Source: Octopus vulgaris | Lineage: Eukaryota | Direction of reading: 5' to 3' | DNA length: 64,000 nucleotides | Assembly: GCA_951406725.2 (NCBI GenBank) | Contig: OX597840.1 | Coordinates: 16,802,001 to 16,866,000, forward strand | In this document: piece after piece, positions 41,051-54,302 of the stretch | Position numbering within the stretch: position 1 is the stretch's first letter | Layout of the letters: each line of letters opens with the position of its first letter | Made by a program: the position numbers and the translations under genes | The notes under the pieces: model-generated | Database searches by the model: none | What the model was told of the DNA's origin: nothing | The model's input: the letters and a program-made list of their open reading frames with translations, nothing else

Positions 41051-41472
41051 GCGACGAGCAAACAACAGAAATATTGGCAGCGATCCCTCATCGAGCCGAT
41101 CGCATTCCATTGATCCGTGACCAAACCAGTCAGTTGCATCCCTCGGCCCTTTATGATCACCCCTTTTCCATTATTCTTTCCGTCACTTCTTACATTATAT
41201 AAATTCACGTCTGGTGTGTATATACTACAGATTTTCACTTCTTTCACAGAAAAATAAGGGTGAAAAAAGACGAGGTGCATATCAAAGATGGCAACAGCCC
41301 TCCTTCTCCTCCTCCCCTTTTCCCCTCCTTTCATCCTCTCCCACCTCCTCTCTTCTTCCTCTTCCTCCCCCTCCTCCTCCTCCTCCTCCTCCTTCTTCTT
41401 CTTCTTCTTCTTCTTCTTCTTCTTCTTCTTCTAATAGACAGAAACAAGGACCATCATGTACTCACACACTCG

Positions 41473-41473
<1 letters not shown>

Positions 41474-41550
<77 letters not shown>

Positions 41551-41551
41551 C

Positions 41552-41582
<31 letters not shown>

Positions 41583-41612
41583 CCTATCTATCTATCTATC
41601 TATCTATCTATC

Positions 41613-41677
<65 letters not shown>
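41474..41677. repeat. (TATC)n microsatellite
   Basis: Direct repeat. Confidence 0.95.
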
Positions 41678-41678
<1 letters not shown>

Positions 41679-41762
41679 GTGTGTGTGTACGTATGTACGT
41701 AAATTGATTTTCAATATGCATATATCAATGTGTGCATGCATATATGTATGTGTGTATGTATA

Positions 41763-42260
41763 TGGTCGGATCGTCGACGATTAAACCGGCGGCCCCACCA
41801 AGCTTGCTTGGTGAAGAGGGTGCTTATTAGACACCCTGCGGGACGAAAAACAAAACCCGTCAAAGGGCGGGGGAACTCTTGAGAGTCAACGGCCGTCCAA
41901 TAAATGTCTTAAGGCTGTATCATGCGCGGGGACATAGAAATAATCGGACTGAATACCCGGTCGTGCGATTAAACCATTGGGAGTAAAGGACTCCTAGCCT
42001 TTGTTAGGGCATCCTTCTAGGAGAAGGTAACTCAGGTAACTGGGATAACTCCGACATAAAACCTGCGGCTCAGTGGTTACCGATGATGTTGACTTGTTCT
42101 TCTTTTCCGATTATGGCTGCTGTTGCTTAGAGAGTGGGATTGACTCAGTGCACAACCTTTCCTCGCTTTAAAAAAAAATCTTCTTGCACAAGCATTGCAT
42201 GATAACAACATTGGTTAAGCTTCGTGCAATGGCCATACTCGATAACGAGGGGGCAGCCAC
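41763..42260 (+). mobile_element. Hairpin-rich ~500-bp insert, probably an RTE-5'UTR-derived non-autonomous retroposon
   Basis: Relatively GC-rich island; GGGCATCCTTCTAGGAGAAGGTAACTC resembles an RTE 5'-UTR motif; no ORF. Confidence 0.45.
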
Positions 42261-42324
42261 CATATATATATATACATAAATACACACACACACATATATA
42301 AATGCATATATGTATATATGTAGG

Positions 42325-42398
<74 letters not shown>

Positions 42399-42431
42399 TG
42401 TGTGTGTGTGAGTGTGTGTGCGTGTGTGTAT

Positions 42432-42481
<50 letters not shown>

Positions 42482-42655
42482 CAATGCATCATCGAAACTA
42501 TTCAATTCTGCTAGAGACATTAAATTTTATGTATGGCGTGACCCCTTGCCTCAAGGAATTATCACTTCACAATGTATCTTGAAAAGCTAATTTAAATAGC
42601 AAAACTCGGTTGGATATCACTACATTTTATGAGACGTTTGCCAACCATAAAATAT

Positions 42656-42713
<58 letters not shown>

Positions 42714-42862
42714 TTTATTATTATAAAAAGATATTAAAACTATGTGAAATGAAGGCATTTCTCTTCCTCTTTTTGTATATATATATATATGTACATTTGA
42801 ATATATATGTGAGTCGATGAGCATATACACACACAATATATACATGCATATACACACACACA

Positions 42863-42930
<68 letters not shown>

Positions 42931-43030
42931 TATATATATATAGTTAATCCAAAAATGAAAACACAACAACTCGAGGACGTGGAACAAGTATAGTGTTATT
43001 GGACGCTCAGGAAAAAAGGAACGAAGGAGG

Positions 43031-43065
43031 GTTTAACATTTCGAGTGGAGCTCTTCGTCAGAAAC
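43031..43065 (-). ncRNA. Type I minimal hammerhead with an extra A after the core
   Basis: Minus strand: GUUU CUGACGA A GAG cucca CUC GAA AUGU U AAAC; lies in PLE-like island 42945-43140. Confidence 0.6.
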
Positions 43066-43147
43066 ATAGGAAAAGGAAAGATCCAAAGAAGGGAAGACGG
43101 AAGAAAAAAAATCGCCAACGGTACACACGCGGTCACTATATATATAC

Positions 43148-43470
<323 letters not shown>

Positions 43471-43674
43471 TACATATATATTTACATATATATATACTTA
43501 TACACACACACATATACGCACACACACATACACACGCATATATATGTGCATGCTTTATCCGTGTATGTCTATATACTAATTCTGCTCCTCCTCTGTGATG
43601 AGTGCAGGTGTCCAGACGAGGCTAACTGCACTTAACCTTTACATACATAGGTCTATAATCCCATTTACCTAATA

Positions 43675-43737
<63 letters not shown>

Positions 43738-43906
43738 GCGCACACACACACATGCACATACACATCCATATACACACTATTAACTACACAGGCATTAAAT
43801 ACAAACTCATCAATATATATAATAAATACGGTAGATGATGTAGGCAACAGAGCATGGCAGTTTACTCCTAATTCAACTCTCATATATACATGTGTGTGTG
43901 TGTGTA

Positions 43907-43938
<32 letters not shown>

Positions 43939-43972
43939 AATAAATATATATATATGCATATATATGTGTTTG

Positions 43973-44003
<31 letters not shown>

Positions 44004-44087
44004 ATTCGAGACAAAACCACTATTTTAAAACCAAACAAGGAAAGACTTAATCAAAACATAAAATTTTAATATAAATTAAATAAACCG

Positions 44088-44130
44088 CCACTACAAATGT
44101 TTCATGTCTGCTCCGACAATCTTCAGGTGG
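44088..44130 (-). ncRNA. Type I minimal hammerhead ribozyme
   Basis: Minus strand: CCAC CUGAAGA U UGUC ggagca GACA U GAA ACAuuUGU A GUGG; GUA triplet. Confidence 0.7.
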
Positions 44131-44499
44131 ATTTTCGATCTTCTAATCAGTATCAAATTTTGAAGTGAATATACATATACATATGCGTCTATGCAGACGT
44201 ATGCACGCATGTATAATATATACACACACATATATATACATGTCTCTATATATACATAGATATACATGTGTTTGCGTGTATATATGGATATGTATATGTG
44301 TATTTATATATATCATAGATCCATATGTGTGTGTATATATATATATATATATACATATATATATACATATATATATATGTATATATATATATATATGTAT
44401 GTATGTATATACGCAGAGACATGGGTGTGTGTGTATATATTTATGTGTGTGTATAGATATAAGTATGCTTGTATGCCTGTGTGTATGTATGTATATATA

Positions 44500-44541
<42 letters not shown>

Positions 44542-46261
44542 CATGTGTGTGTGTTGTGTGTGTGCAGAGACAGAAACAGATATACATGTAAGTATATATG
44601 CATATATATGTATATATACTCACATTTAAACACACATTTGTTTATTATATATATATATATATATCTATATATATGTATACATATATATCTGCTTTCTCCT
44701 TATCCACATATTAATCCAATAAGCTGTAGTTACCACAGACACAGCCATAAACAGCCGACAAAAGAAGCTTCTATCTATGCAGTCATATCTTCCCTCTCGC
44801 TCCATTTACATCTCGGGTGTTTTATCGAAATATGGAATTGACTTAGCGCTTGAATGGCTTTTTATTTCTTCGACTCTGGAAGGATGGAAGTCACAGTTGA
44901 CCTTAGAGTAGGATTTTATCAAAGAAAACAGGTGGATGTAACTAAATATCGCTAAAATTGTTAATTTTTCAACTTTCTCTCATGACTCAACGTAATCCAC
45001 TATTGATATGCTAGAAAAGGCAGCTAAATCGCGCACAAGCACTGTGGTTCCTCACTTATGAATCGTGGTATCTAATTCTTTGAAAGCTGGGGAAGACAGA
45101 AAAAGTTATTAGTATAATTCGACTAAGGACGAATTGAATTAAATGCAAGATATTCATGGTTCTGTTATATAATAAACTACGAGAGAAAGAATATAAGCCA
45201 CAACGCAACATTTACTATAAACAATAAGAAATATTTCCACGTGAAATATTTGGAATGTTTTAGAGTAACCTGTTGAAAAAATGTGCGTTTATACCTGTGT
45301 GTATATGTGTGTGTGTGCGCGTATATGTGAGTGTACATGTATATGTATGTATATGTATATGTGGAGTCCCATAGGCGATTTAGTGTTCGGCTCGACTCTC
45401 TTATGGCAGCTCCTGCAACCGAGCTGGTGCCAAACGTAATGCTCTGCACTCCCTTGGACTACAGTGAACCCTCGTTCATATACACATGTGTGTGTGTGTT
45501 TGTGTGTGTGTGTATCTGCGCGTGTGTCTCTGTGTCTATGTTTGTCATATGGACCCCGTTGAAAATTACTGAGCCTGACGCACATCTGCATCCACGAAAC
45601 TTTGAGTAATATGAAATTGAGGCAATTTCAATACTTACTCAACAAGGCCAATGTTGTTGAGTAGTCTTCATCCTCCATTAAGCTACGGAAATCCCATATA
45701 AGTGATATATCATATGGCCTGGTGCTCAGTAGAGGTGGTCAGCAAAGACTGCCTGCGTTGAAAATCAATGGTTGAGACAAGATGAGTGTCACTTTATAGA
45801 AGTACAGATCCCTGATGTGTGTGTGTGTGTATGTGTGCGTGTGTGTGCGTGTGTGTGTGTGTGGAGTATTTCTATTTTAACCAAATAATATTTCATTAGT
45901 AAAACGCCGAATTCACACATAGATTATAGATGAATATATACATGTGTGTATATACGTATGTATAGTTGTGTATGAGTGTGAGTGCGTTTGTGTATACACA
46001 CACATACAAACATACATCTATTTATATAAATATGTATGTGTGTATATATACATATACATATATATATGCATATATACATACATCCATGCATATATGTGCG
46101 CGTGTGTGTGTGTGTGTTTGTGTAATTGTGTGTAAAATGTCTGTATTCACTATTTTACAAATGAAAATTCATTCAGTTAAAATAAAAACACTACACATAT
46201 ACGCGCGTGCCTGTGGATGTATATATGTATGCATGCATGTACATATACATATATATACATC

Positions 46262-46317
<56 letters not shown>

Positions 46318-46888
46318 ATGTATGTATGTATGTATGTGTGTATGTATATAAATACTTGCACGAGCAACATTCCAAAATAGCAAAATGGGAGAGCATGTGA
46401 ATGGTTAAGAGAGCTGTCATCGACATTCAATAGATGACAACAACAATAAAATCAACAACAAAAACACCCACAACATCGAATCTAACACACACAAAATCAA
46501 ACAGCAACAAGATAACAACAAGAACAGTAATAATAGCAGCACAGCAGAACCTTCCAAACAACAACAATAGAAAAGACGATTTGTATTGCAAAAAAAAAAA
46601 AAAAGCAGACGACATTTTAAAACTATAATGAAACGGAGCAGACGATAAGAACGGGGTCTAGAAATTGAATTGACGCAGGCATTCAGGAACTCTGTACAAG
46701 ATTTCAATGGCCCTTCCCCGCAACTTTCGGGCGATTTTGTCTTTTTTTTTTATACATCATCTTTTTCTCATTTTTCATCAAAATATCTTTTAATAAGATA
46801 TTAAATTTTCTTTTGCTTTATTACGTTTTTTTTCCTTTGCTGCTCAGCTTTCAGTTAATGAAAAGTGATTTCGTTCAAGTAGAAATAC

Positions 46889-46922
<34 letters not shown>

Positions 46923-46986
46923 CATGCATGCATGCTACATAAATATACATACATAAACCATAAACATACATATATGTATATATATT

Positions 46987-47030
<44 letters not shown>

Positions 47031-47544
47031 TATATATATATATATGTATGTATGTATATGTGTGCATATATATATATATATCCAGAGCGAGAGAAACACA
47101 GAGAGAGACACACACACACACACACACAAACCCAGACACTGACAGAGAGACGGAGAGAGAGAGAGAGAGGGGGGAGAGCGAGATAAAGAGACAGGGTGAA
47201 AGACTTCTTTGAATGATTCTCGTGGCATATCACCTCCTTCTTGTTACTATTCAGTAGAATACTTCCAGCTTTTTTCTTCCGCTTCCTAGGATGCAAAAAG
47301 ATCGGGGCAAAAGAAAAAGCTGAACTCTTCTACTAAAGAGTAAGTGAAAAGAGATGATGTTATGTGAATGATGCCAAGCACTACACCGATGACATAGAAT
47401 AGTTGAGCCTCATACAGTTAAACAGGAATTTAAGTTACCATGACGTTCCTCCGATTTCTAATAATAAATTATCTTTGACTGTTCGTCGGGGATTGGACTA
47501 AGCGGTGCGGTAGGAAAATTCTACCGCTCAAGAAATGATAATTA

Positions 47545-48162
47545 GTAATAGGCTTACGAAGAATAAGCTCCGGGGTAGATTTGTTCGACTAAAGGCGGTG
47601 CTCCAGCATGGCCGCAGTCGAATGACTGAAACAAGCAAGAAAACCAAAGAATACCAGGGGTTCCAGGACCCGGACCTTGGTTTTCCAGATATACTTGTTC
47701 TGCAGTACGTTAATATACGAGGAGTCAATATATCGAGAAGGTTTTCTTTCACCTTTCTTTCGCTTGTTTCTGTTATTAGACTGCGTCCATGCTGGAGCAC
47801 CGCCTTGCTGAATATTTAGTCGAATGAATCGACCCCAGTACTTAATTTTTGTTATGTTGAGCTTGGTAATTCTTCTACCGGTTTTTTGCCGAGGCAGTTA
47901 AGTTACGAGGACGTAAACTAACCAACAGCAGTGGCCAAGCGATGGTAGGGAACAAGCACAGACACAAAGGCACATACACACACACACACACACACATCCG
48001 ACGAGATTCTTTCAGTCTGCGTCTATCAAATCAGCTCCTAAGGCTTTGGTCGCCCCGAGGCTATTGTAGGAGGTATTTATCTAAAGCACCACGCAATGGG
48101 ACTGAACCTGGAATCATGTGGTTGGGAGGCAAACTTATAACCACACAGCTATGCCTACGCTT
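47545..48162. mobile_element. SINE family A: plus 3' end (47545-47640) facing a full minus copy (47755-48162)
   Basis: Similarity to 2503-2880. Confidence 0.8.
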
Positions 48163-48205
48163 AAAGTTTGCAGAAATTTATAGTCCTCATACTGTGTATC
48201 TTCTT

Positions 48206-48251
<46 letters not shown>

Positions 48252-48434
48252 CACTCATTTGATGTGAGTGTATGTATGTGTGAGTGTGTATGTGTGTGTG
48301 TGTGTGAATATGTTTGTGTGTAGATAGACAGACGGACAGACCGACAGATCAATATTATTTGGATTTTGTATTATATTGAGTTTGTTGTTATTATTATTAT
48401 TGTTAATTAATTATTTTATTATTGTAGTTATCTT

Positions 48435-48538
48435 TAACCTGATGAGTGGCTATATTTATATTGAAGTGATTTTACTACTACTACTAATATTTTTACTATA
48501 ATCATTTCTTGAATATAGCCACGAAACACGTGTCGTTA
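48435..48538 (+). ncRNA. Type I hammerhead ribozyme with a canonical core and long stem II
   Basis: UAAC CUGAUGA GUGGCUAUAUU...AAUAUAGCCAC GAA ACACGUGU C GUUA; G10.1-C11.1, palindromic stem III, GUC site at 48534. Confidence 0.88.
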
Positions 48539-48682
48539 TTCTACCAAATATATACGTTTCATTTATTATTTTGCACATTACTTAATCATCGTTATATTTT
48601 TTTATCTTATATTTAATCTTTCTATTATATGTAATTTTCCAGATGGTGTAATTTAATTTTTCATTTTGAATTGATAAAAGGT

Positions 48683-48734
<52 letters not shown>

Positions 48735-48737
48735 GAC

Positions 48738-48813
<76 letters not shown>

Positions 48814-48889
48814 TATTTAGAACTATACTCCTATACTCTAAGAAACTTCTTGAGAAAATTACATTTTATTTTGTCTGTATGTGTATTGC

Positions 48890-48945
<56 letters not shown>

Positions 48946-48987
48946 CAATAAATGGTGGGGCTGTGTTATATATATACATATGTATAT

Positions 48988-49607
48988 ATAATACAAAATG
49001 GGACAAGAATGCAAAACATCCGGACAGCTAGGTGATACAAAAAGGACAACAAAACATCCAGATAAACGATACAAAAAAACGAAGGACGGGTCATTCGAAG
49101 CCCTCTATCCTCAGTCAAGCACCAGCTTATCCTCGCAATTACACAAGTTACACAAATCTAAATACATTAAAAATTATAACAACCGGTGTCTTTCGACTAA
49201 GAACGAATTGCTAGGGCGTGTGGAAATGAAGCCTTACGGCAGAGATACAAGAATTTCACAAACACAGGGAAGAATATCGATGTTGCACGGACGGCGGTCA
49301 GACAAAGAAAGAAAGAGCAGGCTAGGGTGACCGGCGGCCACATAGGAAGAGAAGAGAGAGAAGTAGACGCAGAGGGACAGAAGAATTAAGGAGAGGCGAG
49401 AAAAATTACAGGGACACAGTGAAGTGAAAAGTGGAGGGAAAGTGAGTAAGAAGAGAAGGCAAAGAAATGTGAGAGAGGGGAAACGAAAGAACGAAGAGTT
49501 GAATGAACGAATAAGCGTGAAAGGGCTGATACACAGACAGAAATAAAGTCGTACAAGATTTAGAGAAATGTGTACTTACATATAAGAGAGCAAAGTGTAC
49601 GCACGCC

Positions 49608-49646
<39 letters not shown>

Positions 49647-49684
49647 CAAAACGGGACAAGAACGCAAAACATCCGGACAGCTAC
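48988..49684 (-). mobile_element. PLE-like island with a ~45-bp terminal direct repeat
   Basis: ATAATACAAAA(T/C)GGGACAAGAA(T/C)GCAAAACATCCGGACAGCTA at 48988 and 49641; homologous to 57790-58215 in the opposite orientation. Confidence 0.55.
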
Positions 49685-50208
49685 GACGTGCTTCTTTCAG
49701 TTTCCGTCTACCAAATCTACTCACACAAGGCTTTGGTCGGTCCGAGGCTATAGCAGAAGACACTTGGCCAAGGTGCTACGCCGTGGGACTGAACCTGGAA
49801 CCATGTGGTTGGGAAGCAAGCTTCTTACCATTTCCTTAACACTGAGCACTGAAAAGTACCTATAACAAAGCTGTTCTTTATATACAATGCAAAGTGTTGA
49901 CAATGGAGCGCTGATTATAAAAAATAAAGCAAATAATTGCATATTTTTTATATTCATTCAGTACATTTTAAACCTTAAGCCGCGTGACATATATATATAT
50001 ATATATATTTTTATATATACACATAACCAATATAGACAACAGTATTCAGTGTTTTACAAAAAAGGAAACGGTAATTGTCACTAAATATGACTATGGTGTT
50101 AGAAAAACCTACATTGCTAGAAATAAGAGCTAAACTGCTTTAATGGTGTAGTCAAAGCATATAATTGTATACATATATATTGACAGGAACTACAATTGCC
50201 CGTAAACA

Positions 50209-50277
<69 letters not shown>

Positions 50278-50408
50278 TTATTTATTTTATTTTATTTTAT
50301 TTTATTTTATTTAGTTTCAGCTCACAAGCTGTGGCCATGCTGGGGCACCGCCATTATATACATATATATATAACTGGAGTTAAACTCAGGTGTTATTCAA
50401 ATTCTTTT

Positions 50409-50492
50409 ACTTCCGACACATGTTTCGAAGATATCATTGGTATTATTCCAAAGGAATAAAATGGTGTAAAACAATGTACTCTTCAGGGAAGT
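50409..50492 (-). ncRNA. Type I hammerhead ribozyme with a long stem II region
   Basis: Minus strand: ACUUCC CUGAAGA G..CAUUG...CAAUG..C GAA ACAugUGU C GGAAGU; 6-bp stem I, GUC triplet. Confidence 0.75.
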
Positions 50493-50640
50493 GAAGAAAT
50501 GAAACTCGCCAATGAGACATTTTAACAGAAATATATATATAGAAATTGTATGATTTTTTTTGCTACCCTGGTAACTATTTATATATATTTTTCCGTGTTA
50601 ATTGTTAACAAGAGAAAAATACACACATCTATATATATAT

Positions 50641-50782
50641 ATATTAAAAATGGCGAAGGGCGGTATATGTGATTACCTTAGGTTTCCCGTCCATAAAGAG
50701 TTTGATACGCCATAAAGCTAAATCCTTTATGGGCGGGAAACCTGAGGTAATACCATAAACCGGCCTTCCTAATTTTTAATAT
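50641..50782. repeat. Diverged ~58-bp inverted repeat containing HHR-like 3' halves
   Basis: TTACCTTAGGTTTCCCGTCCATAAAG vs CTTTATGGGCGGGAAACCTGAGGTAA. Confidence 0.8.
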
Positions 50783-50892
50783 ATACTACTCTACATCTTA
50801 GAGTGTGCTTCTTCTTTCGGATTGATGTTATATATATATAAATGTATGTATGTATGTATGTATGTATGTATGTATGTATGTATATGTGTATG

Positions 50893-50938
<46 letters not shown>

Positions 50939-51634
50939 CATTCACAAAATTTTCTGTAGGCGTCGCTACACTATTTTAATTATACACCAAACTCAGCAAA
51001 GTAAACAAATGCAAATACATTTTTTATATCTTTTACCGTCAGACGTAGAGAGATATAAAAAACAAAAAATCTGTTTACATTTGTTTACTATTCGTAGCGC
51101 GGCTTATAATTGAAGAATCGGATTGACAGTTCTATTAAAAATTTCACATTTTCCAATATACTTCGGGTAGTGTATAAAATATGGATGTGTACGTCTGTAT
51201 CAGTTTGTCTGTGCATATGTACATATGTATTTACTGGCATATATATATATATATATCCACTGTATGTATGTATACACACATTTGTTAGTTATGTACCTAC
51301 AATAAACATACTTTTTATCTGTTTCTCTGTCGTACATTCTGTGTGTAGACATGCTGTGTGATTGAGAAGTTTACTTCACGACCACGTGGATACGAGTTCG
51401 GGCTCGCTGCATTGCATACTGGGAAAGCGACTTCTATCAGAGTTTCGTGTTAAACATTGCATCGTGAGCGCCATCTAGCTGCCCAAAGCATGAAAAATGT
51501 GTGTACGTGTGTGCGCGCGCGTGCGTGTGTATTGCTTGTATATACACATATCTGTCGGGTTTCTTTTCGTCACTGTTCCCAACGTTCTCTCCCTATTTCC
51601 AGCACGCACATAGAACGCGTTCGCCCACTCATAT

Positions 51635-51851
<217 letters not shown>

Positions 51852-51937
51852 GAGTGAGTGGACAAACGAAAGAATGGCACTCAACCAATTTATTTGGAGT
51901 TACATGTATGGATCAAAACAGTTTGAGTCAAATTCGT

Positions 51938-51978
51938 TGGTACTCTTGAGTTTCAAGCATGATGCTAGTCGTCAGCCA
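51938..51978 (-). ncRNA. Type I hammerhead ribozyme (mirror of 52016-52056)
   Basis: Exact reverse complement of the plus-strand copy. Confidence 0.72.
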
Positions 51979-52015
51979 TTTTGAATTTGAATCAATCCAG
52001 ATTCCCTATTCAAAA

Positions 52016-52056
52016 TGGCTGACGACTAGCATCATGCTTGAAACTCAAGAGTACCA
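52016..52056 (+). ncRNA. Type I hammerhead ribozyme
   Basis: UGG CUGACGA CU AGCA uca UGCU U GAA ACUCaaGAGU A CCA; stem I extends through AUUCAAA/UUUGAAU after an internal loop. Confidence 0.72.
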
Positions 52057-52081
52057 ACGAATTTGAATCAAATTGTTTTGA

Positions 52082-52134
<53 letters not shown>

Positions 52135-52136
<2 letters not shown>

Positions 52137-52568
52137 CTTGTTCTCCTTGTCCTGTCTCTCACTGTTATATATTTATTTTTCCACTGTTTATATATATATT
52201 TTTTACTGTTTATATGTTTGTACTGTCGTTACCGTCTTGCTTTTTTTACCCCTCTGCGAAAAGATCTCAGAATTTTAATTGATTTGCTTTTCGCAGGAAG
52301 GAAGTTTTCTTCGAAGTATACGTCTCGCTTTTATCCTTCGAAACGTTTAGTAGATGAAACCTTAGCGACTGAAGAAGGGGATTTTTCGTTGTGCTTATTG
52401 TCCTGTATCTCTTTTTTTTGCTTGTCTTGTTCCTTGGTTTGTGTCTATGTTTTTCGTCTCTCTATGTGTTCGACGTCTTTTTGGTGTCCTGTACACATAT
52501 ATGCGTGTATATGTACATGTAGAGGTAGGTACGTACATATATGTTTATATATATGCATATATTTTATT

Positions 52569-52570
<2 letters not shown>
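52135..52570 (+). mobile_element. PLE-like pseudo-LTR island between (TA)n tracts
   Basis: Longest copy of the 17411/31475 family; contains GAAACGTT and CTGAAGA motifs. Confidence 0.65.
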
Positions 52571-52617
<47 letters not shown>

Positions 52618-52620
<3 letters not shown>

Positions 52621-53010
52621 GAGTGGCTGTGTGGTAAGTAGCTTGCTAACCAACCACATGGCTCCGGGTTCAGTCCCACTGCGTGGCATCTTGAGCAAGT
52701 GTCTTCTGCTATAGCCCCGGGCCGACCAATGCCTTGTGAGTGGATTTGGTAGACGGAAACTGAAAGAAGCCTGTCGTATATATGCATATATATATATATG
52801 TGTGTGTGTTTGTGTGTTTGTCCCCCTAGCATTGCTTGACAACCGATGCTGGTGTGTTTACGTCCCCGTCACTTAGCGGTTCGGCAAAAGAGACCGATAG
52901 AATAAGTACTGGGCTTACAAAGAATAAGTCCCGGGGTCGATTTGCTCGACTAAAGGCGGTGCTCCAGCATGGCCGCAGTCAAATGACTGAAACAAGTAAA
53001 AGATAAAAGA
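52618..53010 (+). mobile_element. SINE family A, near full length
   Basis: A box GTGGCTGTGTGG and B box GGTTCAGTCCC; colinear with 2503-2880. Confidence 0.88.
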
Positions 53011-53299
53011 AGATACAATATGTGTGTGTGTGTGTGTGTGTGTATTCATATGGAAGAATATTTGTATATGTGCGTGTCTATGTGTGCGTATGTGTGCGTA
53101 TGTGGGTGTGTAGTGTGTTTGTATCAGCATTTATAGGGATCTACTGTCAATGTGATCCTCTTAAACCCTAAAGATGATGACTCAGTATGGCCGCAGTTTA
53201 AAGGTAAAACCAGCGAAAGAGAAAGAAGACTTATTTGCATATACATACATATTCACAGACAGACAGATAGATAAATGTATGTCTTTTTATTTCCTGTCA

Positions 53300-53515
53300 T
53301 ATTGGTTCCAAATTTTGGCACAAGTCCAGTATCTTCAGGGAAGTGGTAAGTCGATTACATCGATCCAAGTACTTCACTTATACTTATTTTGTCGACCTCA
53401 AATGGATGAAAAGCAAAGTCGATCCCGGCGGAATTTGAACACCGAGCGTAAAGTCGAACGAAATGCCGCTAAGCGTTTTGCCTGGCGCGCTAACGATTCT
53501 GCCAGCTCGTTGCTC
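53300..53515 (-). mobile_element. SINE family B
   Basis: Reverse-complement similarity to 27239-27452. Confidence 0.8.
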
Positions 53516-54037
53516 ACTTTTATTTCTAGTCATATTAAAATCAATTTTCGTTACGAGAAGGGATTACTCAAAATGGTGCTACGATGACTAACAAACCAGA
53601 ACTTCGAAATCACTGTCACCCATCATCCTCTAACAATATAATAAATACACACACACACACACACATACACATACGTACATAATTACAATCGCTGGCACAA
53701 ATACATATGCACGCATTTTCATTTGTCAATATACATAAAACACTGGAGTGAATAGATGTGTGTATCGATGTGTCAGTGAATATATCCCACTAATCAATAT
53801 AATATAATACAGTAATAATTATATATTGCTCCCAAGTATTGCTATGTCGCCTTTCCAGACATTTTTGACAGCAGTTAATATGGCGTATATATGCATGTGT
53901 GAATATATATATATATATACATAGAAACATATATATATACATACCCATAAAAAATATATATATTGCGTAAATATATATATATATATACACACATACGTAC
54001 CCATAGAAACAAATATATATATATACATGCCCAAAGA

Positions 54038-54117
<80 letters not shown>

Positions 54118-54252
54118 TGTGTATGTATACACATACACACACATGTATAAATATATACATTCACCGATATACATGTACATGTATGTGTGTTGTGTGTGTG
54201 TAAGCATTATTTATGTGTGTGACATGTCAACATATGTGTAAGAAACCGTGTA

Positions 54253-54302
<50 letters not shown>

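Larger units (their letters stand above)
51911..52083. repeat. 76-bp inverted repeat (2 mismatches, 21-bp spacer) with an HHR in each arm
   Basis: 51911-51986 vs 52008-52083. Confidence 0.92.

Noticed and set aside
49085-49135. Minus-strand CTGAGGA (and CTGATGA at 58117) as hammerhead cores
   Set aside because: No GAAA/stem III/NUH in the correct register in either copy; not counted
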